A stretch of DNA of 64,000 nt, taken from the NCBI GenBank assembly GCA_020137815.1, contig CM035356.1, positions 6,138,001 to 6,202,000 on the forward strand, read 5' to 3'. This document shows positions 26,601-39,200 of the stretch, piece after piece (position 1 is the stretch's first letter; each line of letters starts with the position of its first letter). The notes beneath the pieces were generated by a model. That model was not told the DNA's origin, searched no databases, and saw only the letters and a list, made by a program, of their open reading frames with translations. A program made the translations under genes and the position numbers. This DNA is from Hormiphora californensis (taxonomy: Eukaryota; Animalia; Ctenophora).

Positions 26601-29357
26601 ATTTTTGGGTTGGACTAGCATGGTGGGAGCCTTCACATGCCTGCTCTATGGTCTCACAGGCAATGAGTTTAGGCATTACTCTAGTTGCCGCTTTACGCCA
26701 TTTTTCAACTCAATTTTGGACCAATTAGACCTACTTCCGGATAATTTGGACGGTTCTTAACCCTATATGTGTCTTATCAAATGGCTTGAGGTATTCCATG
26801 AACCTTCCTGAAATTTTTGGATAAAATTTCTAGCACTTGGAAGTGATTTTCGCAAGGTTTGGATAAGCTGAATTTTCAAACTTTTTACTCATGTTGAAAA
26901 AAAGCCGCCATGAGCTAAGTATCCATTGATCGATCGTAATAAAACTCACATTGGACCTAGAAAATTGTACTAGCTAACATTTAACGTTCGATTCATGTCA
27001 TTTAGACGTCTAAAACGTACAAAAACGGGCATTAAGTGCGTTAGACGAACTTTTGACAAAAAGCCAATTTTTGAGAGTGAAGATGGAATGTAAAAGCTTC
27101 AATTTTGGTTGCATCGTGTTCGGGCTTAAAAATTGATCTAGGAACAACGGTCAAACCGATCATCTATCCCCAATAGACAAAATGCCATGAGTCATGACAT
27201 ATTCAATCTTCCATAGTGCCACAGTTTATTCTTGCGTAAAGCGGCAACTGGAGTAATGCCTAAACTCATTGCCTGTGAGACCATAGAGCAGGCATGTGAA
27301 GGCTCCCACCATGCTAGTCCAACCCAAAAATATCCAAGGAAGACGCTAAAACCGGCAGCTTGACTCTATCTGATACCGTTCTCTCACAATAACCTAGTCC
27401 AGATCAATATTGGATGACCTAATATCAAATCAGGAATTGGAAAATGTCTTGAGGGTGCTAGAGGCGTTTGAAAATATTTCGTCGGAGATTTTTTCCATGA
27501 CGTCACTTCGTGATGTCATTACGCCCGTCATAGTGGACATTTTCACTTGAAACCTTAACTAATGCATGCCCCGAACAATTTCCTAACGGATAAAACTTGG
27601 TTCAAGTCTCTAGCTAGTATGGTTCGAGATTACAAGTGTTACACAGTGAAGCGTCTATATCTATCTATCTATCTATCTATATCTGTATATACCTATCGCC
27701 ACACTGAATTTTCTGTTTTGGGGGTGGTGTCATAACTTGCGACCGGAATGAGCTAGCTACTTGAAATTTTTACCATCAGTAGAGGTCTATGTGAAGCTTC
27801 TTAGTACCAAATTTCAGCCTCCTAGCCCATCTGGTTCCGGAATTAGGAGGGGTCGAAAAGTGCCAAAATGGGCTAAAACTTCAAAATTGTTATATCAATT
27901 TTGAAGTTTTAGCTACGCTGTTGGCAAGCGGGCCCACTTTTTGGGGAAAAGTTTTTGGGGGGATTGGATGGGGCCACCTTTGCGCTTGCCAGCGCAGTGA
28001 TATATATACAGATTACAGAAGTATCATGGTAGATGTGTCAGAGGGTGGCCAGACGAGTGGTAGCTAGCCTACCATAGTAGCTTTGTTACCACTCGTCTGG
28101 TCAGTTCCCAGCTACTATGGTAGCTTACCATGGTAGCCTACCATAGTAGCTACATACCTACCACTCGTCTGGACGTGAATAACTGTTGACTCAACAAGTG
28201 AATAACACATCACACGAACTATTGTTTGAACACTGATCACTAATCTATTCAATTGTTTGTTTGTGATTGCTGCGTCTGGAGGATGACCTATTTATTCAAT
28301 TAACATACCTTGAAACATTTGGCCGACACACAGCTCTATTGTTAGAATAGGGATACCAATAAAGAGAAGTGCAATTGCGTATGGCACCAAAAAGGGTGCT
28401 CCTCCGTATTTGCTGTGGAAAATAGAATGTCAGTCTGTGAGTTATCAAATGCAGTAGTTGTATAACAAGATAGAGAATGTGTACAACAGCTTAGGAACGT
28501 GTCCTACTTGACGAGGTAGGGGAATTTCCATAAATTAGCGAGGCTAGTTGAAGCAGCCAATGCAGCCAACCAAAAAGTAGTCTTCCCTTTCCACCTATCT
28601 CTCCCTTTCACCTATAAATTGTTGTAGATTGTAAAAATTGTAGTTGACCAAAATAAATTGGACAAGAAAAAGGAGTTGGTGACGTACTCACCTTTCCAAC
28701 TCGCCCGCTTAGCGCGCCAAAACGAAGCCCACGTAACGGGCTGAGTTGTAGAGAGGTGACGGCGCCACCAAAAAAAGGTGCGGAATGTAGAGACATGAAC
28801 TTTGAAATATTTACCTTAACAGAAACAGCAGGGCTTTCAAGGGGCGGGAGATTCTGGATCATAGGACTCATGACTATTGGCTTCTCCACCAGTACAAATG
28901 GAGAGGGCCGTTTTGGTGGTGGGGGAGTGGGTTGTTTGAAGAACACCTGTGTCCCCTGAGCCTTGGTTACTTTCGGTGGTGGAGGGGTCGGAGGTTTGGG
29001 CGTTGGTGGTGGTGTAGGTGGTGGAGTGACCTGGGTCTGCTTGTTCTTCGGCTTGGGTGGTTTCGGTGGAGGCGGGGTTTTTGGTTTTGGAGTCATCTGT
29101 GTGGCCTGGTCCACTAGTTCAGGTGGAATTGTAGTGGTAGCTGCACTAGATGAAGATGAACTGGAAGAGGAGCTGGAGCTGGAAGAAGAGCTACTACTGG
29201 AACTTGAGGAAGAGGAGGAGGATGTTTTAGCGCTGGTGCTGGTCGCCGTGGTCTTGCTCGTTTTGCTCTTGCTAGTCTTACTGTCTGAAGAGGAAGAGGA
29301 GGAAGAGCTGGAGCTGCTACTGGAGCTCGATGATGACGAATCACTGGAACTTCCCAT
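13772..29357 (-). CDS. Divergent SLC6/NSS family transporter, ~14 exons, Ser/Pro-rich N-terminus
   Basis: Exons approx. 28815-29357, 28508-28611 (RDRW..LANLWKFPY), 28308-28412 (YGGAPFLVPY..IELCVGQ), 25605-25814, 25179-25455, 25000-25066, 24774-24926, 16780-16927, 16441-16547, 15767-15931, 15510-15647, ~15050-15319, 14033-14142, 13772-13867. Confidence 0.85.
14195..15030. repeat. ~32-bp minisatellite with higher-order variants
   Basis: Unit GAGAGATGTATAGAACTAGCTCCATGTCTTGT, about 25 copies, inside an SLC6 intron. Confidence 0.95.
16653..16768. mobile_element. ~110-bp hAT-like MITE (copy 1 of 6)
   Basis: TIR CAGGAACCGACCGA; near-perfect 8-bp TSD taactaag/caactaag; other copies 38418-38508, 43222-43326, 46310-46418, 62488-62588, 63541-63649. 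Confidence 0.85.
17769..18948 (+). pseudogene. Intronless class-A GPCR nested antisense in SLC6 intron; frameshift/stop at end of TM6
   Basis: TM1 GIIGN, TM3 ..STSRT, stop at 18534-18536, TM7 NATFNPLIYLWR in shifted frame (18541-18948); tttttcag acceptor 4 nt before ATG. Confidence 0.8.
19134..23142 (-). mobile_element. Young 5'-truncated LINE: partial AP endonuclease, RT, RNase H, CCHC finger
   Basis: Uninterrupted ORF to 19950 (SDH, QHGF, DIEGAFD, PQGG, YADD, YTDGS...HSNIAGNEIADKLAK, CKLC..H....C); (CA)n tail; 13-bp TSD CAAGTAGAACAGT at 19121-19133 and 23143-23155. Confidence 0.95.
23653..24637 (+). pseudogene. Second intronless class-A GPCR nested antisense in SLC6 intron; 1-nt frameshift before TM7
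   Basis: GFPGN, LSISRT; after ~24445 the shifted frame reads VFYFMNYSSMISVALNAACNPLIYLWRF...QSNL*. Confidence 0.8.
25884..26099. mobile_element. Palindromic MITE
   Basis: ~90-bp near-perfect inverted arms. Confidence 0.85.
26509..27424. mobile_element. Non-autonomous DNA transposon with ~175-bp TIRs
   Basis: 26509-26683 is the reverse complement of ~27250-27424. Confidence 0.8.
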
Positions 29358-29772
29358 GATGTTGGTAGTTGGGTCGCCTGTGTATGATCACAATTCAATG
29401 ATTGTAGTACACAATATACAACAGACTACTACTGCAGTTTATACAACTGTCTGTTTAGGGTTTACACTGCGTGTGTGCGTAAACGTGTGAGCTGTGTGTG
29501 TGAGCCGATCACTGGTATATTGGTACGGGGAAATAACCTGAAACACGATAAATAAAAAACACCTTGGTGCCAAAACTTGAAGGGGAAATTAACTCTTTAT
29601 CCAAACAAAACTCTTCCAGTCATCTCAAAAAAGATGGATTCAAATACTTTTTAGGTCCTCGCAATGTCAACATTGTCACTCAGTACGGAACTCAAACTTC
29701 TGTCAAACATATCTCCAACGAGCCATGTCATGTATCTCTCAACTCAAAATTATCTCTCGATATATATTTCCT

Positions 29773-32700
29773 TCACGTACTATCCACGACAGCTTTCCTC
29801 ACGTTTATCGTTCGTGCAAGGTTCCGTGAAATGATCTTACAGTCGTCTGAGTGTTCTAGGATATCCTTTTTTCGGATGGACTCCGTAGGAGTGATGAAAC
29901 TTCCCACGCTAGCCTCGGAAATGACGAGGGAGTAGCCTGCACCATTGGATGCTGGAATATGGGAGACATCTCCCGATATAAATAACTGTTTTCCTCTCCG
30001 ATACTTGGGCTTCTCACAGTCACACCCATCCACTCTCATCATCTCGAATCTTATCTGAAGGTGGTATAAGTTGGTGATTCTAGGAATCATAGAGTTTCAC
30101 TCGCCCTTGTATAGCTTTAATTAATGTTTTGACCGTTCAGAGAAACTTATTTAGGAGCTTTTGTTTTTGGTACGAACCTTCTTCTTTCTGTAGCTTTTCT
30201 TCCCCTTGAGAACGTCAAGAATTTTCAACTTATACTGGTATTTCATATCAGTCACACGCACGTGATCCACCCGTACCTTCAGTACTGAAAGGAAATTTGA
30301 TTATATTTTAAAGGGAAACGAAAGTTCTGGTATCTCGTAGGTAGACGGCATATCTCACGTGAGATTTGGCGTGTGTCTAGACAACTGCAAAGCCCTTATC
30401 AGAACTATCCCAAAGGCGGAAGTAGCCGAGTAGAGCAATGGAAATAATACAATGGGACCCTGATTTACCGGAAAGTGGAAACCCTTTCCCCGACTATCCC
30501 GGTAAATCGGGATCCGACTGTGTTCTTACTTGTTTCTGTTATACAGATGTCTGTGTAGGTCGGTCCAATATGTTCTTGGTCCTTGGTACAGTCACAATCC
30601 AACATATCGTTTATAAGACTCTGGATAATGTTACCCCTTTCTGGAATCGGAAAATTATATATGAAAAACTAAAAAGCATAACAGGATTAATTTAATATAT
30701 TAGTACTGCAAAATCGTTGTTTCTCTTTCAAAGGATTGAATTATTATATGTTCGTTCACACATATCTGATAACACGGCGTGCCTGGTGAAATTTTAACAC
30801 GACCTAGCATGCGACGGGAAACCACCACTTGAACGTGGTAGCTGAGGGTCTACAGAATGGCGCTACGGTGCGGGAAAAAACATTCCATTCCCTAAAATCG
30901 TTTTTTTTACTTTTATTTGATTTGGGTCAAAATTGGCTATATTAAACGTGGTCCCGAAAAATCCATAATGACTTAGCACACGAAATATGTCACCCCCACC
31001 TATTTTTGCACGTAGAATCGATTGCCGTTGAAATCGAATCTCTAAAATGACTATAAAATGGTCAAAAGTTGATTTTTTACCATTTTTTGGAGGTTTTTGG
31101 CCCCTAAACCATTGAAAACGTTGAGATAGGAATATGAAACTAGTGCCAATCGTTAAAATGGTCATTTTTCTACCAAGAACCAAGTTTTCGTGTATATCCG
31201 ATTTATGGTTAGATTTGGGCAAATTGTTGAAATCTGCCAACTAGGAGAACCGTAACCTGATTTTCTTGTTTTTTGGATTTTGGCATTTTTGACAAACTTC
31301 TGATTGAAATGGTCAATTGGGACCATGCTTAAGTTGTTTATGGGACAATTTTCGACTAAAATCCAAGATTTCATACCAATCCAATAACAGATCGTTGATT
31401 TATAGAAAAATTAAGTAGGCAAAACGGTCAAAATAAGCAAGAAAAGTTGTCATTTTGACCGTTTTGCCTACTTAATTTTTCTATAAATCAACGATCTGTT
31501 ATTGGATTGGTATGAAATCTTGGATTTTAGTCGAAAATTGTCCCATAAACAACTTAAGCATGGTCCCGATTGACCATTTCAATCAGAAGTTTGTCAAAAA
31601 TGCCAAAATCCAAAAAACAAGAAAATCAAGTTACGGTTCTCCTAGTTGGCAGATTTCAACAATTTGCCTAAATCTAACCATAAATCGGATATACACGAAA
31701 ACTTGGTTCTTGGTAGAAAAATGACCATTTTAACGATTGGCACTAGTTTCAAATTCCTATCTCAACGTTTTCAATGGTTTAGGGGCCAAAAACCTCCAAA
31801 AAATGGTAAAAAATCAACTTTTGACCATTTTACAGTCATTTTAGAGATTCGACTTCAACGGCAATCGATTCTACGTGCAAAAATAGATGGGGGTGACATA
31901 TTTCGTGTGCTAAGTCATTATGGATTTTTCGGGACCACGTTTAATATAGCCAATTTTGACCCAAATTAAATAAAAGTAAAAAAAACGATTTTAGGGAATG
32001 GAATGTTTTTTCCCGCACCGTAGCGCCATTCTGTAGACCCTCAGCTACCACGTACAAGTGGTGGTTTCCCGTCGCATGCTAGGTCGTGTTAAAATTTCAC
32101 CAGGCACGCCGTGATAAGTGATAAACTTACGACAGTTTTCTTCGTCCGATCCGTCCCCACAGTTGTCGAGTCCGTCGCACGTTTGCAGCTGGTTCACGCA
32201 CTTCCCGTTTCCACAACGGAATGCGTTTGAGTTACACTGACCTAGTGAGAATGCATGGAATGTTAAAATTACCAAATTATAAATTCTCAAAACAGTGCGC
32301 TCAGATCTGATCAGCATCGCCAGACAGCCAAATTGTATCTCTCCTGGCTCCTGCAGCCTGCTAGCTCACCACAGTTAAGTTCATCTGATATGTCACCACA
32401 GTCCACTAGCCCATCACATCTCTGTGTGAGAGGAATACAGCCCATACCATCCACACATTGGAACTGGTCTGGTCTACACGAGATACGGGCTGCAGGTCAG
32501 TGTGTGCATTAGTTTCAGAGATTAAGGATTGGTTGATCGTTTATAATTAGCTGCATAATCAGTGAGGAAGTTGTACAGTCAGAAGGAGAAAACTTCCTCA
32601 CATTCAATCACAAACTGTCAAATCTGTGAAGCAAGATTATGCGTGGTGAAACAGGGTTGAGCCAGGCAAAACACGAAATGGAACCTACCTGGCGGCATGG

Positions 32701-33276
32701 TTGATGTAGGCTGGTCAACTGCAGATGGGTGTCTCATTCCTTTAATGTTCCTTCTTGAACTCCTTGAGCTACACTCCTCCGAGTTTTCAGGAAGCGCCTC
32801 ACACGAGAAAGCCCATTTATAGTTGTTTGGGTTCGTCCACTGCATTATTGCCTCACAACTCTATTATATGTAAAGGGCGTGGATTAGAAAACTCGTGTTC
32901 GATTTTAGTGACGCAGTCACCCCTATAACACTAGTAGCCTTGAGAATCACGACAAACAAAGCCTATCTTATAACGAAGCCCCTCTTATAACAAAATATGG
33001 GATGGAATCACCAATGTTCTATCATGTATTACGTACCTGGCGTGTGATATAGGGAGTGACAAATGCTAGCACGGAGAAGACACGAAAAAAGAAAAAGTTA
33101 CCTGTTTAACATCCTCGCACAGGCTCCTGCACGCAGGGAATTCCTTATCCTCCTTGGCTGGGGAGCACCGGGGGAAGAAGGTGAGACACATGAGATGACG
33201 GAGATCCCTGTGACATCCTGTATTACCATCTAGGTATGTGGTGTAGAGATGGTGCTCCATTGCAACGTATGCCTCC
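29773..33276 (-). CDS. Frizzled-CRD + 2x LDLa + NTR(C345C)-like protein (sFRP-like); 5' exons unresolved
   Basis: Phase-consistent exons 33102-33276 and ~32689-32860 (CRD: [35 protein letters not shown]), ~32370-32489 and 32130-32241 (LDLa), ~30530-30639, ~30178-30283, 29773-30054 (CDC..C; LKILDVLKG; [18 protein letters not shown]). Confidence 0.78.
30773..32113. mobile_element. 1.34-kb foldback transposon (662-bp arms, 17-bp spacer), Chapaev-like termini
   Basis: Near-perfect palindrome, CAC...GTG ends, ATAA on both flanks (4-bp TSD). Confidence 0.9.
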
Positions 33277-35228
33277 TGTGAAATGAATTGCCATATTAGC
33301 AATTAGCATTAGATAACACATTACACATGTCATACAGGGTCAGTCGCCCCGATCATGGTAAGTGGGTCGACGTATATAATTTAGGTGCACCATTCAAGAT
33401 AATATTACAGCAATACTTACACAATATCCTGTTATACATGTTGTCAGTCGGACCCCGAACACCAGGTAGATACTGGGGGTCCGCTGTATTTTAAATGGTC
33501 ACCGCCGTCCGACTCATTAGTCCATGAAGTCATTTCTGCGATGACTTGCACGACAATCCTGTTCTATTGATATATTCCGTCTCGTGCAGAACTAAAATGC
33601 AAAAAAAGGGCAGAATAATTGTGAATGAAAGAGTACCTTGTAAGTAGTTTAACATGAAAGATTACATCCCCCTCCATACAGTGAAACTAAGAGTAATGTT
33701 AGTTCACGTTCATGTTGCGAAGTTGCCGGAACTGGAACTCCCACCACTTGGTTAGCCCCCCCTGTCTGAGAAGTCTACAAGTTTCTGACTTTTGTAGAGG
33801 TTTTGTCGACTGTTTCTTTTAATTATGGCACTTGCTAGGATGCTATAAACTTTCGTAAACTGTTAGTCACCGATGGCGTACCCACTTTCTCTCCTACAGG
33901 TTAGACCGGCAAGTTTGCTCGCGTCGAACACAAGGACCCCCCCAAGAATGCCCGACCCGCACAACGAGAATTCACTACGTTGATGTAGTTAGACTTAACA
34001 ACACAGGTACGATGAGTAGCAACTCGAAACATAATCACACCGCCGAACAGATATATCTAAAACAAGGTAAAGATAGAACTACATAATACCCGCCGCTCTG
34101 GTAAAGATCATATTCGAATCATATCGTCTCCATGACGTTGTAGCATTAGGGGATAGTGTACCCTATTGTTTCGAAGAAAATGGGTGTATGTAAGAATTAT
34201 GATCGCTGATATATAATGGCAAATTAGTTTTGGATCAAAGCACAAATTCCTAAACGCATAGTATAATGCAACACTTCTTCGGTTGAAAATGGACTAAAAA
34301 CCTGTTGGTGTACCTCAAGACGGGGAGACAGTAAACACGCACGTTGCGGTGCCAAAGGACAGAGGTACAAACTAGAAAGAACTAGGGGTACAGCAGTTTT
34401 CTATCCGTTTTTCTCTTATCAGTTTTCACTAATTGTTCAGGAGGTGCCTATTGGCTTTTGTGAATACGATAGAAAACCCGACAGCTTAGATGCGTGATGG
34501 CGGCTGTACTGTAATTCAAGGGCAGCTTGGGTTTAACAAAATGAGTGTTGCACAACGTCTAAGCAGATACAGACCAGCAATATATCTTGAAAGACAGTAC
34601 GAACTATGTTATTGTACAGATCATCCGGCCAAGGGGGCTGTTTATTAGTTATAGACTGTTCTCTATTTTAGTTAATCGGGTTACTCGTGTGGAGGTAGAT
34701 CAATCTATTTAGCTGCATATCCAGGGCAATATCCCTCATACAGCCGCCAAGCTGACTCACCCAGATACGATAATTTGTCTGCAGCCAATCAGGCAATAGA
34801 CAAATGGGAATGAGCGATTGAGCGATAGTCAATTTGGAGCTAGGAGAAAAAAAAGGGGAGGCTGAAACTGTGAGAACGAGAAAGCCAAAAAAAAGGCCAA
34901 AGAAACGGAAAATAAGGAAAGAGAGAGTGACGAAGAGAAAGACAATGAGATGTTGGGGTGGGAGAGGGTTGTAGAAACTGTTCCTTACTAGTAGGGCTTC
35001 CTGCACGTGCCACAAAAGGAGACGCACAGTGGTATAACACTGCACTGAGACGGTATGTTGGGACGTGCATGGTACGATCCTAGTTGTACTCGCCGCTGCA
35101 AAATAGATACACATTCCTGGTTCGTCATGTTGAAAGGATTTCTCTAACAAAATCGCATCCTTTCTCTATCATTCTTTCTCTATATCTTTCTCTCTCAAAT
35201 GTACACACCTTTTCTCGCCTGAACTTAA

Positions 35229-35697
35229 AGTGAGAGTGGACCGGATCAGAATTGGACAAGTTTGTTGTAGGCAGTAGAGATTAGCTTTGTGAGCATTTTG
35301 CGTTTTTGCCGCTCAAAATCGACACAGCCATCACTGAGATATTTTTGTTATGTTGGGAGAATTCTTGCTGGATCAATATTTATCAAACAGGATAGAAACA
35401 ATCCTTGTGTTCTACTAACACATTCTTTAAATTTTTAATATGCTGGCTTGCATTGCCCTGCTTCTGTGCATGGACATGTCAACCTCACTGATTATATTCA
35501 GAATTTGTTAGTAAAACACCTCGATTGTTTCTATTCTGTTTTATACATACTGATTAAACAGGAGTTCTCCCAACATAACAAAAATATCTCAGTGATGGGT
35601 GGGTCGATTTGGAGCGGCAAAAACGCAAAATGCTCAGAAAGCTAATCTCTACTACCTACAACAAACTTGTCCAATTCTGATTCGGTCCACTCTCACT
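35229..35697. mobile_element. TTAA-flanked MITE (Kolobok/piggyBac-type target)
   Basis: Long TIRs AGTGAGAGTGGACC..., TTAA on both sides; related decayed end at ~42880-42960. Confidence 0.85.
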
Positions 35698-35915
35698 TTA
35701 AGTTTCAAGAGAAATGTGGCAACAACTACAAATCTACTTATACGACAAGGAACTGTGTATAATATGACTGCATAAAACCAGTAGACCGAGACTGTTACCA
35801 CTGTGCAGCTCTTTGCACCACAAACATACCACAAGAGCAAAGTTTCCAAGTTGCTGAAGTGCCACCTTAACTGAAGTCAAAATGTGTGAGAGAGAAAGAG
35901 AGAGGGAGAGAGAGA

Positions 35916-35973
<58 letters not shown>

Positions 35974-36291
35974 TAGAGAGAGAGAGTTTGGGGTGACCTA
36001 ACCGGGGAGCACACACACGTGGTTGTCTCGCCATGGTGTCTGGCTCGGAGAAGCCGGAACAGATCTACTGCACGGCTGTAATTAACCACCTGGGTTGCAC
36101 GTTGCACAAAGTTGGGAGTGCCCACCACCACGGGGAAGAGAGTTGCAGCACACTTGACAAGATTATATCGTGAGAAATGGAACAGCGGAAAAACTATTAC
36201 TTTGTTAGCATGAAAACATTGGAAATTAGCAGAGAGGGTTTGTATAAAACAGATTTATTAAAAATAACCAGTCCTTGTATAGCTCAGTTCA

Positions 36292-39200
36292 TTATTCGAC
36301 AATAGGAGGTCCAGGGTCAACACGTTTCGTTCGTAAAGAGAAGTTTCGTTTTATGGAAGAAGCTCTCTTTACGGAGTTCATTCGTTGGTAGATGGGGTTT
36401 ACATAGCGTGTCGTTGCAGAGTGGAAAATGGGGGATTCATTTGCCGTCCATCTGGGGAGGGGAATAAAGTTCGTTGGTAGTGGTGTTTATATCCAAGGTA
36501 AGATAACTTTGTAGCCGACAATATTTTACGAAGACAAGCTAGTGATTCACTGAAAACAACTTACTTTGTCATGTTTGACCCTCCCTTTGAACAAAACAAA
36601 AACTTACTTTGTCATGTTCGACCCTCCCTTTGAACAAAATAAAAACTTACTTTGTCATGTTCGACCCTCCCTTTGAACAAAACAACAACTTACTTTGTCA
36701 TGTTCGACCCTCGCTTTGAACAAAACAACAACTTACTTTGTCATGTTCGACTCTCCCTTTGAACAAAACAACAACTTACTTTGTCATGTTCGACCCTCCC
36801 TTTGAACAAAACAACAACTTACTTTGTCATGTTCGACCCTCCCTTTGAACAAAACAACAACTTACTTTGTCATGTTCGACCCTACCTTTGAACAAAACAA
36901 CAACTTACTTTGTCATGTCAGAGAGTTCTTTGAACAAAACAACAACTTACTTTGTCATGTTCGATCCTCCCTTTGAACAAAACAACAACTTACTTTGTCA
37001 TGTTCGACCCTCCCTTTGAACAAAACAACAACTTACTTTGTCATGTTCGATCCTCCCTTTGAACAAAACAACAACTCACTTTGTCATGTTCTACCCTCCC
37101 TTTGAACAAAACAACAACTTACTTTGTCATGTTCTACCCTCCCTTTGAACAAAACAACAACTTACTTTGTCATGTTCGACCCTCCCTTTGAACAAATCAA
37201 AACAACTTACTTTGTCATGTTCGACCCTCCCTTTGAACAAAACAAAAACTTACTTTGTCATGTTCTACCCTCCCTTTGAACAAAACAACAACTTACTTTG
37301 TCATGTCAGAGAGTTCTTTAAACAAAACAACAACTTACTTTGTCATGTTCGACCCTCCCTTTGAACAAAACAACAACTTACTTTGTCATGTTCGACCCTC
37401 CCTTTGAACAAAACAACAACTTACTTTGTCATGTCAGAGAGTTCTTTGAACAAAACAACAACTTACTTTGTCATGTTCGACCCTCCCTTTGAACAAAACA
37501 ACAACTTACTTTGTCATGTTCGACCCTCCCTTTGAACAAAACAACAACTTACTTTGTCATGTTCGACCCTCCCAACAACTTACTTTGTCATGTCAGAGAG
37601 TTCTTTAAATTTGAGATATTCCCTCTCATCCAGGTACGATGTGTATAGTTTCCATAGTACCAGTCCAAACATACAGGGGAAGATGAGAGCTGATAGGATC
37701 GCCATAACTATCCATGCTGCGTTCGACTGAAAACTGAAAGGTAAGTTCAGGGTTGAAAAAAGGTAAGGTCAGGGTTGGAAAGAATTGGGCGGGTTATTAT
37801 ATGGCATGATAAAATAATCTTTACATGATCTGATCAGCATGTTACAACCGAAAATAGACATGCTGGCATTGCGATCAATCGAATCTATTTGATTGATCCA
37901 GTTAATTGTTACGTCAGCCTGCATTAACAGCATGAAGCCTAGCTAAATTTGGGGTTTCCAAGAGGAAATGAGTTTCATTGTTTCTCATTATAGCTCCCAG
38001 CTGGAATGTTTCTATTTTGGATATCACTATATCACACAGCTTTTGAAAGTATTGAATCCAATACAGGTCGAGCTGCAGTAACACTGCCAGTATGAGCAGG
38101 AGAACTAATATTAGTAACTTTTGCAGTTGTCTTTGTATAGCAATGTCTTTGTAGCAATGCAGATCCTCTCATTTGCATGCCCAGTTGTTGTTTCGCGAAT
38201 ACTGATCCTCTGAAGACTCGTGCTGCAGACTTCACTAGTTCATCTGCCCTACTCTGCCCTACATCTGCCCTACCCGAGGATTTATAAAGAAGTTCATTCA
38301 TACCCATGGATATGATATACGCAGCGTATTTAACTCAATTTCATGTGGAACGATGCCAAGAACACGAGCTGATAATTCCTACCGGGGTTCCTACTTTGGG
38401 CTTCCTACTGTAAGCGACAGGTACCGACCGAATCAGGAAATACTGGTCCCTGATTGGCTGATAACCAGTCACGTGACCTAAATAACGAGTTCTGATTGGT
38501 TGTTTACTACTTTGGGCTTCCTACTGTAAGCGATCAAGGGTTCTTACTATGAAGACGAAATATTGATATTTTTATAGTCCATGGAAGTCATCCGTCGAAC
38601 CTTGAATGATTCTATTCATTATATTCCACTGGAATGCAGAACATGGAGAATTTTGTTTTGTTCAAACCCCGGGCGTGGGGAAACAGGGTCGAGTAAGGCA
38701 AAGAAAATCAGAATGATGACCCAGTTTTCGATATTGGTGACCACATTACATCTCAAAACATATTGCTTTGCAGCATTCTCAAAATATTTCAGGGTTCAGT
38801 TACGGAGATCTCTGCAGCTAAATTTGGGTACTTTTTAGTAATTTGAAAAGGTTTTGAAAAGGTTTTGTAATTATTTAAAAGATTGTTTTTATCTTCTTTG
38901 TTGATTGGGAATTTTTTATTGATGTAATGGTTTAAGTGGGAAGTAATTTTGATATCTCCTTCTGGTGATCAACACACACACACGCCCTCTGTACAACAGT
39001 TTAATGGGGAATCTCACACATACACGGGCAGAACTCGGTTAAGGAGAGATTAATTAGTATTCTGAATAGGGTTTGGTAGCTTAGTGGTTTATAGCTCCGA
39101 GCATGTCTCTCTGGAGGTCCCTGGTTCAATTCCCGGTCAAACCCAGTATTTTTCGATTTTCTTCCCTATTTAATTCTTGCTCTGAACTCATTATTCAGAA

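Noticed and set aside
28963-29490. Gly/Glu/Leu-rich 175-aa ORF
   Set aside because: Antisense of the Ser/Pro-rich SLC6 first exon
30863-31969. Mirror-image ORF pairs suggesting duplicated genes
   Set aside because: By-product of the palindromic transposon; no transposase motifs
36555-37590. CRISPR-like array
   Set aside because: Head-to-tail 43-bp units without unique spacers; eukaryotic intron; no cas genes
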